DNA from: Deltaproteobacteria bacterium
GTDB taxonomy: Bacteria > JAGRBM01 > JAHCIT01
Length of the DNA: 20,000 nt
Reading direction: 5' to 3'
NCBI GenBank assembly: GCA_026129095.1
Contig: JAHCIT010000006.1
Span: forward strand, 239,611-259,610
A model generated the notes under the pieces. That model saw nothing but the letters and a program-made list of their open reading frames with translations. It ran no database searches and was not told the DNA's origin. The first letter of the stretch is position 1. Each line of letters starts with the position of its first letter. Positions 7,897-15,539 of the stretch are shown piece by piece. Both the position numbers and the translations under genes were made by a program.

Positions 7897-8061
7897 ATGG
7901 GACTGTTTCCGGTGTGGGTCTCCGAGGGTATTACGGTGGGGCTTTTGACGCTCGGGGCGAGTGCCGCGCTGCATGCCATAGCGGGGACTGTTCTGTGGAC
8001 CGCCAGATGGCTTGGGCATCACATCTGGCAGGCGACAGCGCGCAAGGCTCAGAACGGATAA
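7897..8061 (+). CDS. Possible small (54 aa) membrane protein
   Basis: MGLFPVWVSEGITVGLLTLGASAALHAIAGTVLWTARWLG... has a hydrophobic core and basic tail. Purine-rich upstream sequence (AGGAAGGCAGGG). It fills an otherwise empty gap and overlaps the convergent barrel gene by 13 nt. Confidence 0.35.
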   Translation: MGLFPVWVSEGITVGLLTLGASAALHAIAGTVLWTARWLGHHIWQATARKAQNG

Positions 8062-9416
8062 CCCATCTTGACGAATGCCACCATGCCGTCACGGGAGAAG
8101 CCAAAATCCACGCGGACAAGGATGTCGGGGCGGACCTCGAGCCGCCAGCCCACTCCGCCCGTGTATTCCATGTCCTTGAAGCCCAGATCGCCGCTGCTGT
8201 GGAATACTCGTCCCATCTCGAAGAACGGGTCCAGCCGCACCTCTGATTCCACATCGAACCAGTTCAGCCGGACCAGCGCCACGCGAACCTCTGCCTGAAA
8301 CAGAAGGCGGCCATTGTCGTAGAAACGCCCGCCACCAAACCCCCGGAGCGCGGAGTCTCCACCCAGTGCGGGAAGCCGCATGAAAGGAATTGCGCTGGAG
8401 CCGTATACGTGATCGACCAGGCCGCGGACGACGCCATAAACCCGTTCGGAAAACGGACGCAGATGAAGCGCCTCTCCGCCCCACCCCCAGTAGCCCACGT
8501 CACTTCCAAACGATTCGGAACTCCGGTACCCATACATCCGCATGAATGTTCCCACCCGGGAAAACTCCCCGTCCGGCCGGGTATCCATCTCCACAGCTGT
8601 CCGGTGGACTACTGTCAATGACTTAGGAGTGCCGGGAAGACCGGGATAGACCGCCAGTGTCGAAGGCACGCCGGGAATCACATCCGGCTTGATACGTGTG
8701 CGGTAAACCTCGCCTTCATAGACGAGGTTAAACGCCCCCAGCACCTTAACCCCCACACGCCCTCCGGCATGGTAATCCTCCATCGTGAAGGCACTCTGCC
8801 CCGACGCCGGGGTTCCGGCGCCGGTGCCGTAGAACCGTCGGTAGGGATCATTGATGTATGAGGCCCGCAGCGAGGCAAAAAACGGCGTGCCAAAGATGGG
8901 ATTCTGATCCAGCTCGAACATCGCCTCCCGGTAGACCCTCTCGGCGATCGAACCATACAGGCGAACCTTGGAACCCGGCCGGAAGTAACCCTGGTAGTCG
9001 AGCGTGCCGGTGTGTCCAATGATCCCGTTCCACGTGTACTGTGGGGAGATGATCCCGATGATCGCGTTCGTCGTCCGCCGCTGGACAAGGAATATGCCCA
9101 TCGCTCCGGCTGTGGGCCCCTCGTTCGGATCCAGATCGAACACGGGCACCGGCACAAACTGCACCCGGTTCCCGCCAGCCTCAAACGTCCGCTGCGGATT
9201 CATCCGCTCCAGCAGTTCCATGACCCGCGGATCGATAAACGGCGTTTCGTCCGTCTTTCCCTTTCCGGATTTTTCAGCCTCGACGGGTGCTGACGATTCC
9301 GGGGCGGCATTTGCCACACCCGCCTCCATAACCAGCACCGCCAGCAACCATGCGGCCCGGAAAACCCGGGCAGGAAAGAGGCGGCGTATGCCAGAAGGGA
9401 AAGCGGAAATGATCAC
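8049..9416 (-). CDS. Omp85/BamA-TamA family outer-membrane beta-barrel protein with no recognisable POTRA domain
   Basis: Amphipathic beta-strands, loop-6 motif ALRGFGGGRFYD, C-terminal aromatic beta-signal ...FVKMGYPF, signal-like RAAWLLAVLVMEAGVANA. The start is uncertain: the ORF track gives 9524, while GTG 9416 follows a TAGACT -10-like box. Confidence 0.8.
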   Translation of the reverse strand: MIISAFPSGIRRLFPARVFRAAWLLAVLVMEAGVANAAPESSAPVEAEKSGKGKTDETPFIDPRVMELLERMNPQRTFEAGGNRVQFVPVPVFDLDPNEGPTAGAMGIFLVQRRTTNAIIGIISPQYTWNGIIGHTGTLDYQGYFRPGSKVRLYGSIAERVYREAMFELDQNPIFGTPFFASLRASYINDPYRRFYGTGAGTPASGQSAFTMEDYHAGGRVGVKVLGAFNLVYEGEVYRTRIKPDVIPGVPSTLAVYPGLPGTPKSLTVVHRTAVEMDTRPDGEFSRVGTFMRMYGYRSSESFGSDVGYWGWGGEALHLRPFSERVYGVVRGLVDHVYGSSAIPFMRLPALGGDSALRGFGGGRFYDNGRLLFQAEVRVALVRLNWFDVESEVRLDPFFEMGRVFHSSGDLGFKDMEYTGGVGWRLEVRPDILVRVDFGFSRDGMVAFVKMGYPF

Positions 9417-9545
9417 TGGTGCTGAGTCTACCCCGCTGGCAGCGACCGGTGTAAATGCCCGCTTGGTGACGAGGCGCATATCCACCGGGAAAGCGGCGCC
9501 CGCTGCGCTTATGGAAGTACTCAATCATTCCGCTGCGTTATCTGG

Positions 9546-9575
9546 TTGACAGCGGTTCCATAACTGCCCTATATT
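9546..9575 (+). promoter_or_regulatory. Sigma70 promoter of the parA-like operon
   Basis: Perfect -35 TTGACA (9546-9551), 18-nt spacer, -10 TATATT (9570-9575), 52 nt upstream of ATG 9628. Confidence 0.7.
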
Positions 9576-9627
9576 GCCTGTGTATCGAGTTCCTTAAGGT
9601 GAGGGCTGCACCGATTCCGGGCGGCCC

Positions 9628-10767
9628 ATGAAATCCGGCACAGCAATCAAGCCATCTCTCCGGACCTGCAGCGTCTGCGGTAAGCCCTTTGAACTCCAGT
9701 TCAGCTTCCAGCATCGAACCGAAGACGGCGCCGAACATTACTACTGCAGTTCGGCGTGCCTGCTCGAAGAATCTTCCACTGGTCCGAAACTGATCGATGT
9801 CGACACCGGAGAGCCGGTTTCCACCCGCGACGACAGCTCCGTGCAGTGCGATCACTGCAAGCGCCAGTTCAAGATTGCCTACCTTGGCCAGCTGGTCGTG
9901 GCGGGTTCCAGAACTCGCCGCGTGTGCAGCCCTGAATGTCGCGCCGCCATAGTGAAAACCGTCACGTCGAAACACCGGGTCCACCGGATCGCGGTGATGA
10001 ACCAGAAGGGCGGCACCGGAAAAACGACAACCTCGGTCACCTTGGCAGCGGGCCTTGCCGCGAAAGGTCACCGCGTGCTCCTCGTTGATATGGATTCGCA
10101 GGGGAATGTGGGTGCCTCGCTAGGCGTCCGGGGCGAAAAGTCGATCTATCATGTCCTGATCGACTCCATTCCCCCGCAGGAAGCTTCCGTCCCCGTCCGT
10201 CCCGGCCTTGATGTCATTACATCGGACGAGACAGTCGCCGCTGCCGAGATCCGCCTCGTGAACATGAAGCGCCGCGAGCGTCTCCTCCGCCAACGTCTCG
10301 AAGGTCTGGGCGACTATGACTATGTGGTACTGGACTGCGCACCGAGCCTTTCCATCGTCAACCAGAACGCGCTCACTTTCGCCGAAAGCGTGCTGATCCC
10401 GGTGTCGTGCGACTTCCTCGCCATGTATGGCGTAAAGCAGATACTCCGGACCATCCGCTACGTGCGGGAACAGCTTATGCACCCGATCGAGATACTCGGC
10501 GTCCTGCCCACCTTCTACGATCCGCGCGCACGGATCACCCATGACGTCGTGGCCAGCCTGAAGGACTACTTCAAGGACCAGATGTTCCAGCCAATCCGCG
10601 CAAACTCGAAGCTGAAGGAAGCCCCGTCCTACCGGAAAACCATCTTTGAATACGACCCGAAGTGCCCCTCGGCGCTCGACTACCAGGCCCTGGTAGACAG
10701 CGTGGTGGAGCGCCTCCGGTCCAGAAACGAAAACCCACGCCCGCAAGCTGCGGGCGCTACCGCCTGA
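9628..10767 (+). CDS. ParA/Soj-family ATPase with two N-terminal Cys4 TRASH/MYM-like metal-binding repeats
   Basis: Deviant Walker A NQKGGTGKTT, A' VLLVDMDSQGN, Walker B YVVLDCAPS, LKEAPS. N-terminal C14-x2-C17-x22-C40-x3-C44 and C74-x2-C77-x22-C100-x3-C104. Confidence 0.92.
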   Translation: MKSGTAIKPSLRTCSVCGKPFELQFSFQHRTEDGAEHYYCSSACLLEESSTGPKLIDVDTGEPVSTRDDSSVQCDHCKRQFKIAYLGQLVVAGSRTRRVCSPECRAAIVKTVTSKHRVHRIAVMNQKGGTGKTTTSVTLAAGLAAKGHRVLLVDMDSQGNVGASLGVRGEKSIYHVLIDSIPPQEASVPVRPGLDVITSDETVAAAEIRLVNMKRRERLLRQRLEGLGDYDYVVLDCAPSLSIVNQNALTFAESVLIPVSCDFLAMYGVKQILRTIRYVREQLMHPIEILGVLPTFYDPRARITHDVVASLKDYFKDQMFQPIRANSKLKEAPSYRKTIFEYDPKCPSALDYQALVDSVVERLRSRNENPRPQAAGATA

Positions 10768-10808
10768 GGGCGGCACAACCCCAACCCCCAACGGAGACCC
10801 GAACGCAC

Positions 10809-11099
10809 ATGGAACACAAGAAGCACGAAGCCCTCGCGATGGCGCCCGCCCTGGGACGCAACCCGCTGACCGAAGACGTCATGGAGCGGACCTTTTACCG
10901 GCCTGCGCGTGACGACGGCGAGGACAAGCCCACCCATTACAAGATCGTGTCAATCTCCTTGTACCTTGAGGACATCGATCTGCTGAACCGGATGGTCGCC
11001 GATCTCAAGGCCAAGGGGCATACCAAGGCGAACAAAAGCGCGCTCATTCGCGCCGCCCTGCGCCAGTGCGATCTGGACAAGGTGCCGAAGAACATCTGA
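10809..11099 (+). CDS. Small ParA-associated protein (96 aa), predicted ribbon-helix-helix C-terminal domain
   Basis: GGAG upstream of ATG 10809. Pattern YKIVSISLY (strand)-LEDIDLLNRMVADLK (helix)-NKSALIRAAL (helix). Lies 41 nt downstream of parA on the same strand. Confidence 0.75.
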   Translation: MEHKKHEALAMAPALGRNPLTEDVMERTFYRPARDDGEDKPTHYKIVSISLYLEDIDLLNRMVADLKAKGHTKANKSALIRAALRQCDLDKVPKNI

Positions 11100-11141
11100 A
11101 CCGCGGTTCTGTCAGCGCCCACTGGGCCTGAAATAACCGGA

Positions 11142-11173
11142 AATGCCCGGTTCCCGAACGGGGGCCGGGCATT
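11142..11173. terminator. Stem-loop between convergent genes, likely bidirectional terminator
   Basis: AATGCCCGGTTCCC-GAAC-GGGGGCCGGGCATT, a 14-bp stem including two G-U pairs on the + strand. Confidence 0.7.
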
Positions 11174-11190
11174 CGGCTGGAAAAACAGGC

Positions 11191-11511
11191 TTACTGCTTG
11201 ATGGCCGCGTCAACGAGCTTCTTCAGCTCGCCGCTGGAATACAGTTCACGGGTAATATCACAACCGCCAACGAACTGGCCGTCGATGTAAAGCTGCGGGA
11301 TAGTCGGCCAGTTTGAATACCGCTTGATGCCTTCACGGATATCCATGTCCTCAAGAACGTCCACTGTCTCGAACGGGATTTCCATGCGGCGGAGAATATC
11401 CACCACCGTCGCTGAAAAACCGCACATCGGCATCAGCTTGTTCCCTTTCATGAACAGGACCACCTTGTTGTTCTTGACCATCGCGTCAATCTTCTGCTGT
11501 GCGTCTGACAT
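11191..11511 (-). CDS. grxD: Monothiol glutaredoxin Grx4
   Basis: VVLFMKG...PMCGFS, IK.YSNWPTIPQLYI.G.FVGGCDI; AGGA SD. Confidence 0.97.
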   Translation of the reverse strand: MSDAQQKIDAMVKNNKVVLFMKGNKLMPMCGFSATVVDILRRMEIPFETVDVLEDMDIREGIKRYSNWPTIPQLYIDGQFVGGCDITRELYSSGELKKLVDAAIKQ

Positions 11512-11577
11512 CTTTCCTGCTCCCTAGAGCGCGCCCGCCGGGGCGCGGTCATCATCGTGAGAATTCGCCTGTGCTTT

Positions 11578-11817
11578 TCAGGCCGGGGCCTGCGTTTTCA
11601 GCGCCAGAGCATGCAACGGCGCCCCCGGTCCAGCCATCAGGTCCGAAAGGGACTTGTACACCCGTTGATGCTGCTGGACCATCGACAAGCTTCGAAACTG
11701 CTCGGCGGTCACATGGACACTGAAATGATCACCACCTCCGGTGGTATCCTCCACTATGACACTGGCACCGGGCAGTTCCGCCTCGATCCGCCGCCTGATT
11801 TCTGCAGGGTTCACCAT
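11578..11817 (-). CDS. bolA: BolA/IbaG family protein
   Basis: VEDTTGGGDHFSVHV.AEQF..LSMVQQHQRVY..L...LHALALKT. Start at ATG 11817 (79 aa) downstream of GGAGG; canonical synteny with grxD. Confidence 0.93.
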   Translation of the reverse strand: MVNPAEIRRRIEAELPGASVIVEDTTGGGDHFSVHVTAEQFRSLSMVQQHQRVYKSLSDLMAGPGAPLHALALKTQAPA

Positions 11818-12023
11818 AATACTGCCACCGGCCTCCAATTTAACCGATCGTCGGCAGAAGTGATATCCAGTCGGACAGGAATAATGGCTGCCGGATGCCC
11901 ATTTGAATAAATCCCTGGCAGGCCGGGGAAAAGGGGTATCATGCAAATCACAGACACAGGGAGCCGGGGAGCTTATGTTCGGAACACTGGAAACCCCGGT
12001 CAGCCAAGTCTAAAGGAGCGCCC

Positions 12024-12638
12024 TTGAAAGCATACCACCTGCTGTTCGCCGCCATCGCTTTTCTCGCCATTCTCGTCATCCCCGCCGCTTCCCAGCCAAA
12101 ACGGGCCGGGACCATTGCCCTTGTTAATGGCCGGGTGATCGTGACGTCCAGGGGCGTCACTTTCCCGGCGGAACCCGGTTCGCCCGTCTATGAGGGCGAC
12201 AGGATACGGTCGTTCAATCCGGGCAAGGCGAAAATCGTCTTTACCGATGATACGATCATCAACATTGGCCGTGATACGGAGTTCGAGATCAAAACGGCCA
12301 GTTTCAGCCTTTTCCGGCGGGATTCGTCTTTCGATGTATTTCGGGGCCGCTTCAAGGTGGCCGTCGGCAAGCTCTTCACCGGCACCAGCCAGTTCGAACT
12401 GCGCACTCCCACCGTCGTCACTGGCGTCCGGGGGACCGTATTCTGGGGCGACACGGAACTGGATGCCATGTGCGCGCTGCAGGGGGAGATAGAGGTGACG
12501 CCGGTCTCGAACCCCTCCGCCCGGCAGTATCTCAAGGATGGCCAGTGTGCCGCTGGCTACAAGGGCGGGAACCCTGCCGCCATTTCGCCGACCGCCGAAG
12601 CAGTCCGCGGATATATTGACGAGGTAACGCCGGAGTAA
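12024..12638 (+). CDS. Secreted/membrane-anchored FecR-domain protein
   Basis: TTG start after AAGGAG; N-terminal signal peptide; GD.I.S....A.I.F.D.T.I.IG..T and FELRTPTVVTGVRGTVF; 204 aa. Confidence 0.85.
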   Translation: MKAYHLLFAAIAFLAILVIPAASQPKRAGTIALVNGRVIVTSRGVTFPAEPGSPVYEGDRIRSFNPGKAKIVFTDDTIINIGRDTEFEIKTASFSLFRRDSSFDVFRGRFKVAVGKLFTGTSQFELRTPTVVTGVRGTVFWGDTELDAMCALQGEIEVTPVSNPSARQYLKDGQCAAGYKGGNPAAISPTAEAVRGYIDEVTPE

Positions 12639-12644
12639 GCGGCC

Positions 12645-13277
12645 CTACTCTCCTCCAATTCCGAAAGCAGCCTGGATGCCGGTCATTACAAACTGCACGC
12701 CGATGCAGATGATGATGAACCCCATGAGGCGGCTGACGACCTCCTGACCGACCTTGCCAATGTATTCTGCCACAATGGGTGCTGCACGGAGCGTGAGGTA
12801 ACTGACCAGGGCAGAGAGTACGATGGATGCCGACAGGGCCAGATATTCGACGACCCCCGTCGTGCTGACGGCGAGCGACATGGTAACGGCGATGGAACCC
12901 GGCCCTGACAGCATCGGCATGGCAAGCGGGGTGAACGAGATGTCCTCCTTCCGCATGGCGGCCTCAGCCGTCTTCTCGGCGATCGGGGCCTGGCTATTCA
13001 ACTGGTTCCAGCCGGCTTTCAGCACCAGCAGGCCACCCGCGATCCGCATGGCATGGATCGACAGGCCGAACAGCTTGAAGATATAGACGCCACCATAAAG
13101 GAACAGGCCCAGGATAAACACCATGTAGAAGGCCGCCCGCCGCGCCTGTCCGGCCCGGTGCTCATCGGTATCGCCGGCCGTCATGGCAAGAAACACTGGC
13201 ACTGCCGACACCGGATTGATGATCGGCAGCAATGCCAGAAGCCCGACGCCCATTACCTGGAAAAACGACTGTATCAT
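12645..13277 (-). CDS. MarC-family integral membrane protein
   Basis: IINP....P.F, RIAGGLL, PLAMPMLSGPGSI, SRLMGFI; about 6 TMs. Confidence 0.95.
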   Translation of the reverse strand: MIQSFFQVMGVGLLALLPIINPVSAVPVFLAMTAGDTDEHRAGQARRAAFYMVFILGLFLYGGVYIFKLFGLSIHAMRIAGGLLVLKAGWNQLNSQAPIAEKTAEAAMRKEDISFTPLAMPMLSGPGSIAVTMSLAVSTTGVVEYLALSASIVLSALVSYLTLRAAPIVAEYIGKVGQEVVSRLMGFIIICIGVQFVMTGIQAAFGIGGE

Positions 13278-13301
13278 TCTTCTGGAAAATCCGGCGGCCT
13301 C

Positions 13302-13649
13302 TCAGGCCATCCCCTGCGCCTTGTAGAGCCGGGGGAAATCCATGCGGTATTTTTCCACCGGCCTGCCATTTTTCAGGTGCGACTCGACGATCTCTGGCAC
13401 CTGCCCCGCCGTCAGGCGGCCGTACCAGACCCCTTCCGGGTAAATCACGGCCGAGACACCCTCCTCGCAGGTCTCCAGGCATCCGGACTTCTGGGCCCGG
13501 ACCATGGCCACGAGACCGGCTTTTGCCACCTCTTCCTTGAACCTCGCCAGCACCTCGGCCGCCCCGCGCGAGGCACAGCACCCACGGCGGTGTCCTGCCT
13601 CCCGTTCGTTCATACAGACAAACACGTGATACTGGTAAGGGGCTGGCAT
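13302..13649 (-). CDS. Thioredoxin-like [2Fe-2S] ferredoxin
   Basis: HVFVC.N.R..GH.RGCC, SGCL..C..G...VIYPEGVWY, EIVESHL..GRPV. Start ATG 13649 with GGGAG SD (115 aa). Confidence 0.92.
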   Translation of the reverse strand: MPAPYQYHVFVCMNEREAGHRRGCCASRGAAEVLARFKEEVAKAGLVAMVRAQKSGCLETCEEGVSAVIYPEGVWYGRLTAGQVPEIVESHLKNGRPVEKYRMDFPRLYKAQGMA

Positions 13650-13751
13650 GCCTGGACTCCCGTTCCGCTTCATTGCGTTTGCATCGCCCCGGGTCAAGGC
13701 CAATGCCTTGACCTCCTGCAGCCCCTCTGGCGATGATAACGCCGTCAGGCA

Positions 13752-15533
13752 ATGGAACCTTCACCGGACACCACCCGGCTGGAAGCGGAACTCCGCCGCA
13801 AGCAGCATGTCATCGATTCGATGCGCGAGATCGGCCGTGCCCTTTCGTCCACGCTCTCCACCAACACACTGCTTGCCCTCATCATGGACCGGACAATCAG
13901 CCTCATGGACGCCGATCGCTCGACCCTGTTCGTCGTTGACCATGCGAAGAAGGAACTCTGGTCGCTCATCGCCCAGGGCGAGAACGTAAAGGAAATCCGC
14001 CTTCCCATCGGGAAAGGGATCGCCGGTTACGTTGCCGCCACGGGCGAGACGATCAACATCCCCGATGCCTACCAGGATGCCCGTTTCAATCCCGAAGTAG
14101 ACCGGCAGACCGGCTATCGCACACGCAACATCCTGTGCATGCCGCTCAGGGACCACAACGAAAACGTGATGGCGGTGCTCCAGGTGCTGAACAAGCGTAC
14201 AGGCCCCTTCACTCGTGAGGACGAGGAGCTTCTCGACGCCCTTGGATTTCAGGCATCCATAAGCCTCCAGAACTCCCGGCTCTATGCGGATCTCGAAGTC
14301 CGGAACGCGGAACTCAGGCAGACCCACGCCGGCCTCCAGCAGAAGATGGCCGAGCTGGACATGCTGTTTGAGCTGGAACGGATGATTTCCAGCGCCGCCA
14401 GTCTCGAAACCCTGCTCGACTCGGTGATGGAACGCACCACCCGGTTTGTCGGAGGTCAGGCAGGAAGCATCCTGCTGATCGAGGAAGACACCAACAACCT
14501 GTTCTTCAAGACGGCCCTGGGAGACAAGGCAGCCGAGGTAAAGAAGTTCAAGGTCCCGGTCGGTGAAGGCATCGCCGGCTGGGTCGCCAAGAACGGGGAG
14601 CCGCTCCTCGTTTCGGATGCCTATCTTGACGACCGGTTCCGCCGGGATATTGCCGATGCCATCGGCTTTCCCACACACAGCATTATCTGCGTGCCCCTGA
14701 AGGCCGAAGGGAGAACCATCGGCGCGCTAGAGATCATCAACAAGAATACGGATGTTTCGGCCGGCGGAACGCGGGCCTTCGACAAGGAGGATGTGAAGCT
14801 CCTCACGCTGATCTCCGGACAGGTGGCCAAGGCCATACATCTTACCCAGTTGCGCGAGCGGGAGGCCAAGTCCCAGCGGCTTGCCACCGTTGGCCGTGCC
14901 GTCTCCGGCCTGATCCACGACATGCAGACACCCATGACCTCCATCGTCGGGTTTGTCGAGCTCATGGCCCTCCAGGATACCTCGGACAAGGACCGCGAGG
15001 AGTTCGCCGGAATCGTCCGCCGCGAGGTCGAGCGGCTGACCCAGATGATCCGTGCCCAGCTCGATTTCGTGAAGGGCAAGTCTGACGTGCTCCTGAAACG
15101 GGTGGGGCTCGGAACGCTGATCAACGAGATCGTCTATTTTCTGGAGAAGGAGTTTGGCGAAGCCGGCATCCGCATCGAAACGGATCTCGCCTACAAGGGC
15201 AACATCCACATAGACGAGTCAAAGATCAAGAGAGCCATCTTCAATCTGGCCAAGAACGCCAAGGAAGCGATGCCCGGCGGCGGGAAGTTCATGATACGCA
15301 GCCGCGACGACGGCAGCCATATCATCATCGAGTTTGCCGACACCGGCTCCGGGATTCCGGCCGATATCCGCGACAAGGTGTTCGGTGAATTCGTCACCCA
15401 CGGCAAGGAACACGGCACCGGTCTTGGCCTTGCCCAGGTCAAGCGCACCATCGACGAGCACAAAGGCGAAATCGGTTTCAGCAGCGAGATGGGCAAAGGG
15501 ACCACGTTTACCATCAGGCTGCCGAAGGGCTGA
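13752..15533 (+). CDS. Cytoplasmic sensor histidine kinase, GAF-GAF-HisKA-HATPase
   Basis: Two GAF domains (GIAG.VA..GE...., L....NK....F...D); H-box LIHDMQTPM; N-box NLAKNAKEAM; G1 DTGSGI; G2 GTGLGL; G3 GKGTTF. No TM segment. Confidence 0.95.
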   Translation: MEPSPDTTRLEAELRRKQHVIDSMREIGRALSSTLSTNTLLALIMDRTISLMDADRSTLFVVDHAKKELWSLIAQGENVKEIRLPIGKGIAGYVAATGETINIPDAYQDARFNPEVDRQTGYRTRNILCMPLRDHNENVMAVLQVLNKRTGPFTREDEELLDALGFQASISLQNSRLYADLEVRNAELRQTHAGLQQKMAELDMLFELERMISSAASLETLLDSVMERTTRFVGGQAGSILLIEEDTNNLFFKTALGDKAAEVKKFKVPVGEGIAGWVAKNGEPLLVSDAYLDDRFRRDIADAIGFPTHSIICVPLKAEGRTIGALEIINKNTDVSAGGTRAFDKEDVKLLTLISGQVAKAIHLTQLREREAKSQRLATVGRAVSGLIHDMQTPMTSIVGFVELMALQDTSDKDREEFAGIVRREVERLTQMIRAQLDFVKGKSDVLLKRVGLGTLINEIVYFLEKEFGEAGIRIETDLAYKGNIHIDESKIKRAIFNLAKNAKEAMPGGGKFMIRSRDDGSHIIIEFADTGSGIPADIRDKVFGEFVTHGKEHGTGLGLAQVKRTIDEHKGEIGFSSEMGKGTTFTIRLPKG

Positions 15534-15539
15534 GGCTTT

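Noticed and set aside
10662-10808. 145-aa version of the ParA partner
   Set aside because: It overlaps parA by about 100 nt in another frame with low-complexity sequence; ATG 10809 has an SD.
9628-11099. Canonical chromosomal parAB/oriC locus or plasmid/prophage partition cassette
   Set aside because: The partner is too small and lacks the ParB GxxR CTPase motif. No parS palindrome of the TGTTTCACGTGAAACA type, and no gidAB, dnaA, rep or phage genes, were seen.
11818-11946. N-terminal extension of BolA (122-aa ORF)
   Set aside because: BolA homology starts at MVNPAEI (11817), downstream of GGAGG; the extension is probably promoter DNA.
13761-14678. 305-aa minus-strand ORF (and similar 17166-18275 +, 16325-16999 -, 10120-10791 -, 3154-3888 +)
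   Set aside because: Each is overlapped by a well-supported gene; these are typical alternative-frame ORFs of GC-rich DNA.
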